Source of the DNA: an uncultured Gammaproteobacteria bacterium
GTDB taxonomy: Bacteria; Patescibacteriota; Patescibacteriia; UBA10025; JAHIVO01
Length of the DNA: 64,000 nt
Assembly (NCBI GenBank): GCA_964628855.1
Contig: CAZVMV010000004.1
Location: 5,254 to 69,253, forward strand
Direction: 5' to 3'
Both the position numbers and the translations under genes were made by a program. This document shows, piece by piece, positions 37,585 to 45,907 of the stretch. Under the pieces are notes generated by a model. That model searched no databases, was not told the origin of the DNA, and was given only the letters and a program-made list of their open reading frames with translations. How positions within the stretch are numbered: position 1 is the first letter of the stretch; every line of letters begins with the position of its first letter.

Positions 37585-38586
37585 ATGAGCCACAAAACGG
37601 TTCTAAAAATGATAGTGTTCAGTTTGGCCTTTGGCCTGGCTGTTGCCGCTATTCCCGGAACGGCCAAAGCAATCACCTTGATCCCACCGATGCTTGAATT
37701 TGGATTGACCAAGGGTGAGCCGACAAAAACAACTATCAAAATATTTAATGAAACCGCCTCGCCGGTTGAACTGTATACGGAGGTGAAAAACTTCACAGCC
37801 AGCGGTGATTCTGGGCAGCCTGCGTTTGATTTCAATGATACAGAACCGATTGGCTTCAGTACCTGGGTAACCGTGCCAAAAGGTCCGATCACCGTGAATC
37901 CAGGAGCGCGGTATGAAGTTCCGGTCACCATCAATACACCCTCCGATGCTGACCCGGGCGGGCATTATGCTGCAGTTTTTTTCACGACTTCTCCGCCAGC
38001 TGATGGGCAGGTGCGCATCGCCTCCAAAATCGGTACCTTGCTTCTTGCTCAGGTCAGTGGCGACATCCAGGAAAGCGGTAGCATCACCGAATTCAATACG
38101 GTTAGCAATAAAAAAGGCTTCACCAGGCTACCGGTGAAATATTATACAATATTCAGAAACACCGGGAACATCCACCTACGGCCGACTGGCGCCATCACTA
38201 TCACCAATATGTTCGGCAAGGAGCAGGTGAAGCTAACCTTCAACTCCGCTAATGGCGCCACCCTGCCGAATTCCAGCCGTCGGTACGAGACGGTCTGGGA
38301 AAAACAGTCGGTAAACGAAACAACTGGCAACTTTTGGACTAATTTTTGGAATGAATACTCGAACGAAAAATCAAATTTTGCCATTGGCCGATTCACCGCC
38401 AAGCTAGCGATCACTGCCGGCACTTCAAATGCGATTACGACTGACTCGTCCACGACATTCTGGGTTATCCCGTGGCACATCCTGCTTGTCTGGTTGATTG
38501 TTTTGGTGCTGGCCATCATTATCCTGATCGTCGGGATCAAAAAATACAACCAATGGATTGTAAAAAAATCCCAGGGTACTAAATGA
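37585..38586 (+). CDS. paralogous cell-surface protein with the same architecture (DUF916/DUF3324-like, CscA-like)
   Basis: Signal peptide (GTAKA), shared motifs (FDFND..., GGHYAAVFF, N(T)G(N/D)(I/V)HL(R/K)PTG.(I/L)TI.NMFGK), and a C-terminal TM helix followed by KKYNQWIVKKSQG. Confidence 0.8.
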   Translation: MSHKTVLKMIVFSLAFGLAVAAIPGTAKAITLIPPMLEFGLTKGEPTKTTIKIFNETASPVELYTEVKNFTASGDSGQPAFDFNDTEPIGFSTWVTVPKGPITVNPGARYEVPVTINTPSDADPGGHYAAVFFTTSPPADGQVRIASKIGTLLLAQVSGDIQESGSITEFNTVSNKKGFTRLPVKYYTIFRNTGNIHLRPTGAITITNMFGKEQVKLTFNSANGATLPNSSRRYETVWEKQSVNETTGNFWTNFWNEYSNEKSNFAIGRFTAKLAITAGTSNAITTDSSTTFWVIPWHILLVWLIVLVLAIIILIVGIKKYNQWIVKKSQGTK

Positions 38587-39497
38587 ATGTAAAAAAATCA
38601 GCCCGTTTTTTCGGGCACATATCATTATTGCTGATCATTGTCCCGTTGATCGTCATGATCACGGGATATTCTGTTGTATTAGCCCAGGTATCACAGCAAG
38701 TCGTCATCACGGCCACCGTCCCAGAAAAACCCCCTCTAGAAACACCCGACACAATTGTAATTTTTAAAGGTATTGCCTACCCGTCATCAAACTTGACCAT
38801 CAGTGAAGGCGGAACTGTCCTGTCGTCATTCACCCTAGCTGCCCAAGCCCGTTTTGAAGTAACCTATAAAGTTACGCCAGGGAACCACACATACACGATA
38901 GTCGGCACTGACTCTGACGGCATCCAGGGCCGCACCTCAAACTTCACCCTGACCATGTCGCAGGGGACCACCACTACGATTAGCGGCATTTTTTTAGGGC
39001 CGACCATAACTATAGACAAATCAACAATTACAGCCGGCGAGACGGCCACCTTGTCCGGCACGACGGCTCCGAACAGCTCGGTTAATGTCACGATCAGCAC
39101 TGCGACAAGCGGCACGTCGGCCGCGGCCGGACCGCAGCAAGCCGTACATACAGCCAGTGCCGACAACAACGGGCGCTGGCTTCAGCTGGTCAGGGCCAAT
39201 GACCTGAGTACCGGCCCGTATACAGCCAAAGCCCAAGCAATCGAACCGTCAGCCAATTCAGTTTCGGAATTCAGTAAAACATTGGCCTTTGAAGTGAAGG
39301 GCGGGGCCTCAGACACATGTTCCAACTCTTTGGCTGCCGACATCAACTGTGATACAAAGGTCAACTTGATCGACTTCAGTATTCTTCTTTTTTTCTGGAA
39401 TGCCACAAACCCCACTAATGCACGCGCTGACATCAATCGTGATACGCACGTCAATATCACGGATTTTAGCATCTTACTATTCTATTGGACCGGTTAA
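38583..39497 (+). CDS. dockerin-containing secreted protein (two Ig-like domains plus a C-terminal type-I-like dockerin)
   Basis: The start overlaps the upstream stop (ATGA). The C-terminus carries a duplicated Ca-loop/helix: DINCDTKVNLIDFSILLFFW and DINRDTHVNITDFSILLFYW (DxNxDxxVNxxD pattern). Confidence 0.85.
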   Translation: MNVKKSARFFGHISLLLIIVPLIVMITGYSVVLAQVSQQVVITATVPEKPPLETPDTIVIFKGIAYPSSNLTISEGGTVLSSFTLAAQARFEVTYKVTPGNHTYTIVGTDSDGIQGRTSNFTLTMSQGTTTTISGIFLGPTITIDKSTITAGETATLSGTTAPNSSVNVTISTATSGTSAAAGPQQAVHTASADNNGRWLQLVRANDLSTGPYTAKAQAIEPSANSVSEFSKTLAFEVKGGASDTCSNSLAADINCDTKVNLIDFSILLFFWNATNPTNARADINRDTHVNITDFSILLFYWTG

Positions 39498-39501
39498 TCC
39501 T

Positions 39502-40629
39502 ATGAAAATATTCCGTTATACAATCATATTCATCCTAATCGCTCTTGGCGCTGGAATTGGGACAGCCCATGTGGCGCGGGCAGCCGTGCTATCCGCCTAC
39601 CCGGACCATCGGACAATTTCCCTGGGCGAAACGTTTACTGTTGATATCCGTCTCAATGGCGAACAGCAGGTGATAAACGCAGTTACCACGACCATAGTTT
39701 ACCCCAAGGATCTCCTAGAGGTCGTCAGCATCTCACGAGGCGGGTCATTCCTGACCTTATGGCCGATCGAGCCGACCGTCGATATAAATACCGGCACAAT
39801 TACATTGACCGGCGGCATCCCAAACGGCAGTTATGTGGTTGATGGGAAGATTATTTCGATTACTTTTATGCCGAAAGACAGCGGTGGCGTTGAGATTAAG
39901 TTTGACAATAAGCTGTCCCAAGTTCTACTGAACGACGGCGCAGGCACCCCGGCCCCCTTAACTTTCAATACCGGCATCTATAAAATTGAGGAAAATAATT
40001 TCATTACCGTTAATTCGCCGTCGCATCCTGATGAAAATAAGTGGTATCGCAGCCGGAAAACAGTCTTTACATGGCCGACTAAGAAAAATGCCGAATACAG
40101 CTACACCCTGAGCATCAATCCAGATGATGTTCCGGACGATACGGCCGAACGTACGGCTGGCCAAGTAACATTCGACAATATTGCCGATGGCTTCCATTAT
40201 TTCATTCTTAAAGAAAGGCAGCAAAATAAAACTTGGGAAATAGTGGGTCGGCGACGTGTCCAAATCGACGCCACTGCCCCAGAGCCAATTACGGCCATCA
40301 TCAATCAGGACAACACCGTATTGGTAGGCCAATATTATGTCACTTACAACGCAACTGACGGCACTTCTGGGGTCGATCATGTTGATATTAAGGAAAACTC
40401 AACAACTTACCAAAACATCACCTCCCCCTTCATCTTAAAAAATCAGGATCCGCACAGTTATCTGGTTATTACCGCCTACGACAAGGCCGGCAACTCAACC
40501 AAATGGACTCGCGGGACCCCTCCGACAACCGAAAGTCAACAGACAAAGTACTATTCCGTAATTATTATTGCGGTGATCATGGCCATTTTTACCGCCATAC
40601 TGATTAAATTGCGTCTGCGTCACAGGTAA
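39502..40629 (+). CDS. cohesin domain protein with Ig-like modules and a C-terminal TM anchor
   Basis: ATG at 39502, 4 nt after the dockerin gene stop; the longer ORF from 39400 overlaps that gene. Signal peptide, then the cohesin-like pattern LGETFTVDIRLNGEQQVINAVTTTIVYPKDLLEVVSISRGGSF...GTITLTGGIPNG. SPSHPDENKWY module. C-terminal helix YYSVIIIAVIMAIFTAILI. Confidence 0.8.
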   Translation: MKIFRYTIIFILIALGAGIGTAHVARAAVLSAYPDHRTISLGETFTVDIRLNGEQQVINAVTTTIVYPKDLLEVVSISRGGSFLTLWPIEPTVDINTGTITLTGGIPNGSYVVDGKIISITFMPKDSGGVEIKFDNKLSQVLLNDGAGTPAPLTFNTGIYKIEENNFITVNSPSHPDENKWYRSRKTVFTWPTKKNAEYSYTLSINPDDVPDDTAERTAGQVTFDNIADGFHYFILKERQQNKTWEIVGRRRVQIDATAPEPITAIINQDNTVLVGQYYVTYNATDGTSGVDHVDIKENSTTYQNITSPFILKNQDPHSYLVITAYDKAGNSTKWTRGTPPTTESQQTKYYSVIIIAVIMAIFTAILIKLRLRHR

Positions 40630-40639
40630 ATAATCTTCC

Positions 40640-43075
40640 ATGAAAAGAATAATAGGCATAATTATCTGCACAGCGATAATCATCCTGGCTGCGCCACATC
40701 TGGCTGAAGCGGCCTCATTGGGGATCAGCCCATCCACTAAAACAGTGGAGGTTGGCGACAGTTTCAGTGTCAGCATCAGAGTCAATACCGCAGGCGTTGC
40801 GATCAACTCCGCGCAAGCTACGGTCTCGTATCCCGCCAACCTTTTAGAAGCAACCGGCATTTCATCCCAAGGAATTTTTACATTATGGGCTATTAGCCCT
40901 TCTTATTCGAATGCCACGGGCAAGGCTACGTTTGCAGGAGGCCTGCCAAGCCCCGGATACACCGGCTCTTCCGGAACGGTGATCGGTATCGTCTTCAGGG
41001 CAAAAGCCGCCGGCAAGGCCACAGTCACAATCGGCAGCGCCAGCGTCCTCGCTAATGATGGAATCGGCACCGATGTATTCACTGGTGCAGGATCGGGCAC
41101 ATATACCATAAACACGCCCGCACCTGACACGCCGACCACACCGACTACGCCTACTACCCCTGATAAAAAACTTCCGGCGGCTCCGACTATTTCTTCCACT
41201 ACACACAAGGATCAGACTGCCTGGTACAGTAATAATGCCCCGGGTTTCAGTTGGACGAAGGAGTCAGGCGTTACCGGTTTCAGTACGGCTTTGGATGATA
41301 AGCCAACAGCTTCTCCTGACACAAACCAGGATACAACTGACAACAAACAAACATTCACAGGCACCAAAGATGGGACGTGGTATTTTCACGTACGCGCACA
41401 GAACGGGGACGGCTGGGGACCGTCGTCCCATTTCAAAATTAACATCGACACTACGCCACCGAACCCTTTCACCGTGGAACTCCCCGATGGCGTGCGCACC
41501 ACCAGCCAATCGCCTCGCCTTAATTTTACCGCTACTGACGCGCTCTCTGGCATAAAAAATTATTCATTATCTGTAAATGGCGGGCCAGTCACCACCATTA
41601 ATACTGACGCCACACAACCTTATACTCTTGCCGGATTGGGGAACGGTGAATATTCCATCACTGTAACGGCCAATGATAACGCCGGGAATTCTACCACCAC
41701 ACTTACAACATTTACTATTTATACCGAATCTACCGCCGAACCTAGCACTCCGACCGGCCCAGAAATACCCCTGCCTGGCATAGCCAAATCCATAAATTCA
41801 GTCCTCAAATCAATTGATAAGATCTTGCCACCATCTGTCCAAAAAGTGACTAAAAAGGTCAGCGATACGGTTGAAAATCTCCGCCAGAACCAAGGCGTGA
41901 CCAACACGTTCGACGACGTGATTAAGCCAACGGTGACCACGACGGCCATCGTCACTGCCGTCGGCGTAGCTACCACCAGTTCCGCGCTTCAGCTAACAAA
42001 CCTCCTTTACCTATTCCTTCGCTTCAGCTACCTCTGGATGGCACCGATCCACTTTGGGAAACGCAGGCGGCCATGGGGGATCGTTTTTGACAGCACGACC
42101 GGCCGGCCTGTCCCGCGCACCCTGGTGAGAATCTTTTCCAAAGAATTCAGCAAACTCAAAGAGAGCCAGCTGACCGATGCCGAGGGGAGATTTGGCTTTT
42201 TGATCAATCCCGGGGAATACTTCATTACTGCGGGAAAGGCTGGGTTCACATTCCCTTCGCGTTTTTTACGCACTGCCATTGTCAGCCAATACGATGAAAT
42301 ATACAGGGGCGGGCTTTTCACAGTAGGCCCGAAAGATGATGGGGTAATTTCCATAAATATTCCGCTTGACCCGAAATTGTCTGAAGTGTCAAAAGCACGC
42401 ATGAAATGGCTGCGGATCTTAAACGCCATCGGCCTTATTCTGGAAAAAATAAATACCCCCCTGCTTATTGCCGGCCTCCTTCTGAGCATGCTCACTACAA
42501 TTATTGAACCATGGACTGCCAATTTCATCATTTTGGGGGTTTACGTACTGCTCATTTTCATTAAATCAATTATGGGATTCCTGATCGGGCGGTCATGGGG
42601 TCTGGTTGTGGATGAGGACACGGGCAAGCCGATTGAACTGGCCGTGGTCAGGATTTATGAGGCAAATACCGGAAATATCATGGGAACACGGGTCACCAAC
42701 CAATTGGGCCAGTTCACGTCCTTCATCATGCCTGGTGAATATTACGTGGTCATCCTAAAGGAGGGTTATGAGCCCTTCCGCAGTAAACCGATTACAGTCA
42801 CTAAACGTCGCGGCCTGATCCGTATGAAAGCTGAGCTACTGTCCAAGGATAAGTTGAGAGCGCTGCCAGAGGGGGAGGAAATCATCTATCTGGAGTCTGT
42901 TGACTATCCAAAGAGGACTAAGTCGGCCGTGACGCCGAACGCATCCAAGCAAAAAAACAATCAAACTGCTACCGAAACTAGCCAGGCATCAACGAACGGC
43001 AAGCCAATTAGTAATAAGTCCGTATTCAAGCCGCCGCCTTTGATTGCGGTCCAGAAAAAGAAACGAATGAAATAA
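40640..43075 (+). CDS. cohesin domain protein with a PT linker, Ig-like modules, and a polytopic membrane region containing two carboxypeptidase-regulatory-like beta-sandwich domains
   Basis: Cohesin-like VGDSFSVSIRVNTAGVAINSAQATVSYPANLLEATGISSQG...GKATFAGGLP...IGIVFRAKAAGKATV. Linker PAPDTPTTPTTPTTP. STTHKDQTAWY module. CarboxypepD_reg-like WGIVFDSTTGRPV...AEGRFGF and WGLVVDEDTGKPI...QLGQFTS flanked by TM helices. Confidence 0.85.
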   Translation: MKRIIGIIICTAIIILAAPHLAEAASLGISPSTKTVEVGDSFSVSIRVNTAGVAINSAQATVSYPANLLEATGISSQGIFTLWAISPSYSNATGKATFAGGLPSPGYTGSSGTVIGIVFRAKAAGKATVTIGSASVLANDGIGTDVFTGAGSGTYTINTPAPDTPTTPTTPTTPDKKLPAAPTISSTTHKDQTAWYSNNAPGFSWTKESGVTGFSTALDDKPTASPDTNQDTTDNKQTFTGTKDGTWYFHVRAQNGDGWGPSSHFKINIDTTPPNPFTVELPDGVRTTSQSPRLNFTATDALSGIKNYSLSVNGGPVTTINTDATQPYTLAGLGNGEYSITVTANDNAGNSTTTLTTFTIYTESTAEPSTPTGPEIPLPGIAKSINSVLKSIDKILPPSVQKVTKKVSDTVENLRQNQGVTNTFDDVIKPTVTTTAIVTAVGVATTSSALQLTNLLYLFLRFSYLWMAPIHFGKRRRPWGIVFDSTTGRPVPRTLVRIFSKEFSKLKESQLTDAEGRFGFLINPGEYFITAGKAGFTFPSRFLRTAIVSQYDEIYRGGLFTVGPKDDGVISINIPLDPKLSEVSKARMKWLRILNAIGLILEKINTPLLIAGLLLSMLTTIIEPWTANFIILGVYVLLIFIKSIMGFLIGRSWGLVVDEDTGKPIELAVVRIYEANTGNIMGTRVTNQLGQFTSFIMPGEYYVVILKEGYEPFRSKPITVTKRRGLIRMKAELLSKDKLRALPEGEEIIYLESVDYPKRTKSAVTPNASKQKNNQTATETSQASTNGKPISNKSVFKPPPLIAVQKKKRMK

Positions 43076-43077
43076 AA

Positions 43078-43105
43078 AATATCCCCCCAGCGATGGGGGG
43101 ATATT
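43078..43105. terminator. bidirectional terminator between the convergent surface-protein operon and the T4P operon
   Basis: AATATCCCCCC-AGCGAT-GGGGGGATATT hairpin (11 bp) with an A-run upstream and a T-rich stretch downstream. Confidence 0.65.
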
Positions 43106-43120
43106 TGTAATTGTGTCAGG

Positions 43121-43594
43121 CTATCTGGTCACGCTTATTGACGTAACTCCTTGTTCGCCATCCGGTGCATTCACGGTTACCCGACCGGTTGTGGGATCTT
43201 TCATGACCGTATACCGGGTATTATATGTACTGCAGTTAGACGATGCTGTCCCGGTCTTTGGGTCAACTGGCATAGCAGTCAGATAAATACCCGTGGAACC
43301 CACTAAATAGGGGCATAAATTGACCGTATTAGGTGCACCAGAGTCTGTAATGGTATAAAGGCTTGTCGTTATGACTGACGGCACTAACCCCTGATTGTCC
43401 ACTGCATACTGGTGGATAGCGTTTAATAATGCGTTTACGTCATTCCAGCGCTGGGCATTACGCGCCTGGGCAAACTGGCGCCCTGGATTGATCGCGACGA
43501 TAACGATCGCGGCCAAAATGCCGATAATGCCGATCACTACCAGGAGTTCGAGGAGAGTGAAGCCCCGACCCTTTGTATGTGCATGTCCTGCCAT
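43121..43594 (-). CDS. type IV pilin (major pilin candidate, PilA-like)
   Basis: Class III signal: MAGHAHTKGRG/FTLLELLVVIGIIGILAAIV (G-1, F+1, E+5). A C-terminal Cys pair is present. It has its own upstream promoter-like element and an AAGGA RBS. Confidence 0.9.
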   Translation of the reverse strand: MAGHAHTKGRGFTLLELLVVIGIIGILAAIVIVAINPGRQFAQARNAQRWNDVNALLNAIHQYAVDNQGLVPSVITTSLYTITDSGAPNTVNLCPYLVGSTGIYLTAMPVDPKTGTASSNCSTYNTRYTVMKDPTTGRVTVNAPDGEQGVTSISVTR

Positions 43595-43649
43595 ATGTTA
43601 TTTCCTTGTGATTAAGGGGGTAACCCTTTTTTTAATTATTTATATATAA

Positions 43650-43678
43650 ATTATATCACAACTTAGCCGCCTTAATAA
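43650..43678 (-). promoter_or_regulatory. candidate extended -10 promoter for the pilin gene
   Basis: On the minus strand: TTATTA, 17-nt spacer, TGATATAAT. It lies between the pilM stop and the pilin start. Confidence 0.35.
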
Positions 43679-43689
43679 ACCTTGCTTTC

Positions 43690-44934
43690 TCAAGGTTTCA
43701 TTCTAATAAAATAAACCGCGATAAACACTAACACCAGAAAACCAAAGACTCCGAGCAATGCTAACCCGCGTTTATTGCGTGCTACCCAGCTACCATGAAT
43801 TAACTGACCAGTTGGTTTGGCTGCGGGCTTTTTTTCTGGCATGCGTTTAACTGGGTTTTCTTTTGTCTCGGCATGTCGTAGCAGATTTATACCGACGCCC
43901 AACCTTTTTTCGTTTAGGCCGCGCTTGGCCAGTCCCATCACTGTCGCATAAAGTATCGGTGCCTGGGTATTAAATAGCTTGTCGTTTTTTTGAACGGATT
44001 CAAGCGGATTGCCGAGAACTGCATGCACGCGAACTTGTTTTGATAAATATTGGACTAGGCCCGGCAAGAGACTTGTGCCGCCACACAAAATCAACTGCTT
44101 AACGGCGCGGCCTGTATTTTTTTGGTACAAATTTATGATCTTATTTATTGCCTCAATTACCTTTGCCAAGATGGGCTCAATAGCCTGCGCTGTTGGGGCT
44201 GATAACAGGCCGGTTTTTTTCTTCATAGACTCGGCCTCTATTTTTGACAATGACAATTTGCCAGCCAGGGACTCGGTTATTTGTTCGCCCGCAATCGGAA
44301 TGTTCTCAGAAAAATGTATAGCCTGCTGGTCATAAACCGTAATTATTGTCGTCCGGGCGCCGCAATCTATTATTAATACCGGATCAGTTGCCTGCGGGCT
44401 GACCAGCGCACGCGCCAGGGACGCTGCCTCGGACTCAAGTGCCTCGAGCGTAAAACCGGCGCGGCTGATCACTTCCTGATAAGACCTGACAATATCCTTT
44501 TGGCAGGCGACATACAGCACATCCTGCACATTTTCATCTTTTCTGACTGCCTGATAATCATGAATGACCTGATCCCAAAACAAAGGTAACATTTCCTCTG
44601 CTTCATATTGAATAGCTTCTCCGAGCTGTTGGTCAGAAACGACGGAAGGAAGCCGGAACAAATGTGTATATGATTGTGATTCGGGCAATGATGCGACTAC
44701 CGATTTAGTCGTAAAATGCCCATATCCAGGCAATGTTCCAGTCTCGATTATTTTTGATATTAGTAACTGTTGTTCAATTATTCGTCCATTAGTAACAATG
44801 CCCTGGGGCAACTCTAAACGGCGGTAAGCCACTACCCGCAACTCTCCGCCTTTCTCCTTGAGTTCAAGCATTTCGATGGAGAAGTCGGAAATATCTATAC
44901 CGAGGGCATGTTTGGAAAAAAATGACATAAACAT
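43690..44934 (-). CDS. pilM: type IV pilus assembly protein PilM with a C-terminal TM extension (PilM-PilN-like fusion)
   Basis: Actin-like ATPase pattern GIDISDFSIE...IIDCGARTT...LCGGTSLLPGL. The C-terminal helix LALLGVFGFLVLVFIAVYFI follows a basic linker. Confidence 0.85.
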   Translation of the reverse strand: MFMSFFSKHALGIDISDFSIEMLELKEKGGELRVVAYRRLELPQGIVTNGRIIEQQLLISKIIETGTLPGYGHFTTKSVVASLPESQSYTHLFRLPSVVSDQQLGEAIQYEAEEMLPLFWDQVIHDYQAVRKDENVQDVLYVACQKDIVRSYQEVISRAGFTLEALESEAASLARALVSPQATDPVLIIDCGARTTIITVYDQQAIHFSENIPIAGEQITESLAGKLSLSKIEAESMKKKTGLLSAPTAQAIEPILAKVIEAINKIINLYQKNTGRAVKQLILCGGTSLLPGLVQYLSKQVRVHAVLGNPLESVQKNDKLFNTQAPILYATVMGLAKRGLNEKRLGVGINLLRHAETKENPVKRMPEKKPAAKPTGQLIHGSWVARNKRGLALLGVFGFLVLVFIAVYFIRMKP

Positions 44935-44978
44935 ATCAATTCAACTTTTATTGTACCACCAATCAATAGCAGGCAACA

Positions 44979-45380
44979 CTAATTATTTTCCTGCCACGAA
45001 ACCAGGGTCAATCCGGCTGGAGCAATAGTCACTCGGCCTGTAAATTGACGCTGCACATCACCAATATTGGCAGATACGGTTACTATACGGTCGGCGGGAA
45101 TCGGCGTCGTGACAGAGACGACAGTACATGTGCCCGGGGCTACATTCAGGATTGTCCCCCCAGAATAAGCACCATCCCTCATCAGACGTAAATACGCCTC
45201 CTGAAGGCAACTATACGCCGCCTGTTCTGCTTGGGCTGATTGTTGACGAACCAGGCTAGTATCCGTTTCCGTGATGCTCAATCCGTTCATGGACAAGGCA
45301 ATGGCCAGTGTCACGGCCGAAATAATTATTAAGGCAATGAGGGCAATATATCCTTTTTGGTTTATTTGATAAAATTTCAT
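44979..45380 (-). CDS. pilin-like/PilX-like protein with a non-canonical N-terminal hydrophobic helix
   Basis: N-terminus MKFYQINQKGYIALIALIIISAVTLAIALS has a G followed by a hydrophobic helix but no E+5. Located within the pilin gene block. Confidence 0.5.
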   Translation of the reverse strand: MKFYQINQKGYIALIALIIISAVTLAIALSMNGLSITETDTSLVRQQSAQAEQAAYSCLQEAYLRLMRDGAYSGGTILNVAPGTCTVVSVTTPIPADRIVTVSANIGDVQRQFTGRVTIAPAGLTLVSWQENN

Positions 45381-45382
45381 GG

Positions 45383-45907
45383 CTAACGATCTAGTAATTC
45401 TATGGATGTATCGAAATCATTCTTGAACTCCCACTCGCTTCGGCCGCTCGGATTGACAGTTTCCAGAGTAAACTGTAATCGGACTTGTTTTGACTTTCCG
45501 TTAGATGATGAAATATTACTGAAACTAATGCCAGTAACTTTCACGGAGTCTGAATTCAGGGCTACCGCTGTACCAAGACCTTCTTTATAAGTAAGCTGGT
45601 TGCCACTAAGACTAAATACCGTGGGGTTCAATGGCGCGCTTTTCATCACCAGCGTCAAGGTTGTCCCAGTTGTGCTGACGAGCGGTGCGGTAATGTCGTT
45701 TGCCTGGCGCGCCGCTTGGCTGAACTTTTCTATTATATAACGGCCGTTCTGCTCAACATCTTGGACGGCAAAAGCTTTGGTCCGGCTATTTATGATGTTC
45801 CAGGCAAAACTGGTGGCCATGACCAGCACGGCGGCTACCAGGGTAATGTAAATGGACAGCTCAATGAGCGTCATTCCATCCTGCCTTTTTATAAAACCAT
45901 TATTCAT
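45383..45907 (-). CDS. minor (pseudo)pilin with a prepilin-type N-terminal cleavage/methylation motif
   Basis: MNNGFIKRQDG/MTLIELSIYITLVAAVLV (G-1, E+5). ATG 45907 lies 2 nt downstream of the upstream gene stop. The longer ORF from 46003 would overlap that gene by 104 nt. Confidence 0.75.
   Translation of the reverse strand: MNNGFIKRQDGMTLIELSIYITLVAAVLVMATSFAWNIINSRTKAFAVQDVEQNGRYIIEKFSQAARQANDITAPLVSTTGTTLTLVMKSAPLNPTVFSLSGNQLTYKEGLGTAVALNSDSVKVTGISFSNISSSNGKSKQVRLQFTLETVNPSGRSEWEFKNDFDTSIELLDR

Noticed and set aside
39400-39501. Longer ORF-track starts for three genes: 39400 for the cohesin gene, 46003 for the minor pilin and 47876 for the large pilin.
   Set aside because: Each would overlap the upstream same-strand gene by 86-104 nt. 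Each would also put 25-35 extra residues before a signal peptide or prepilin leader. Internal ATGs at 39502, 45907 and 47801 give canonical leaders and gaps or overlaps of only 2-11 nt.
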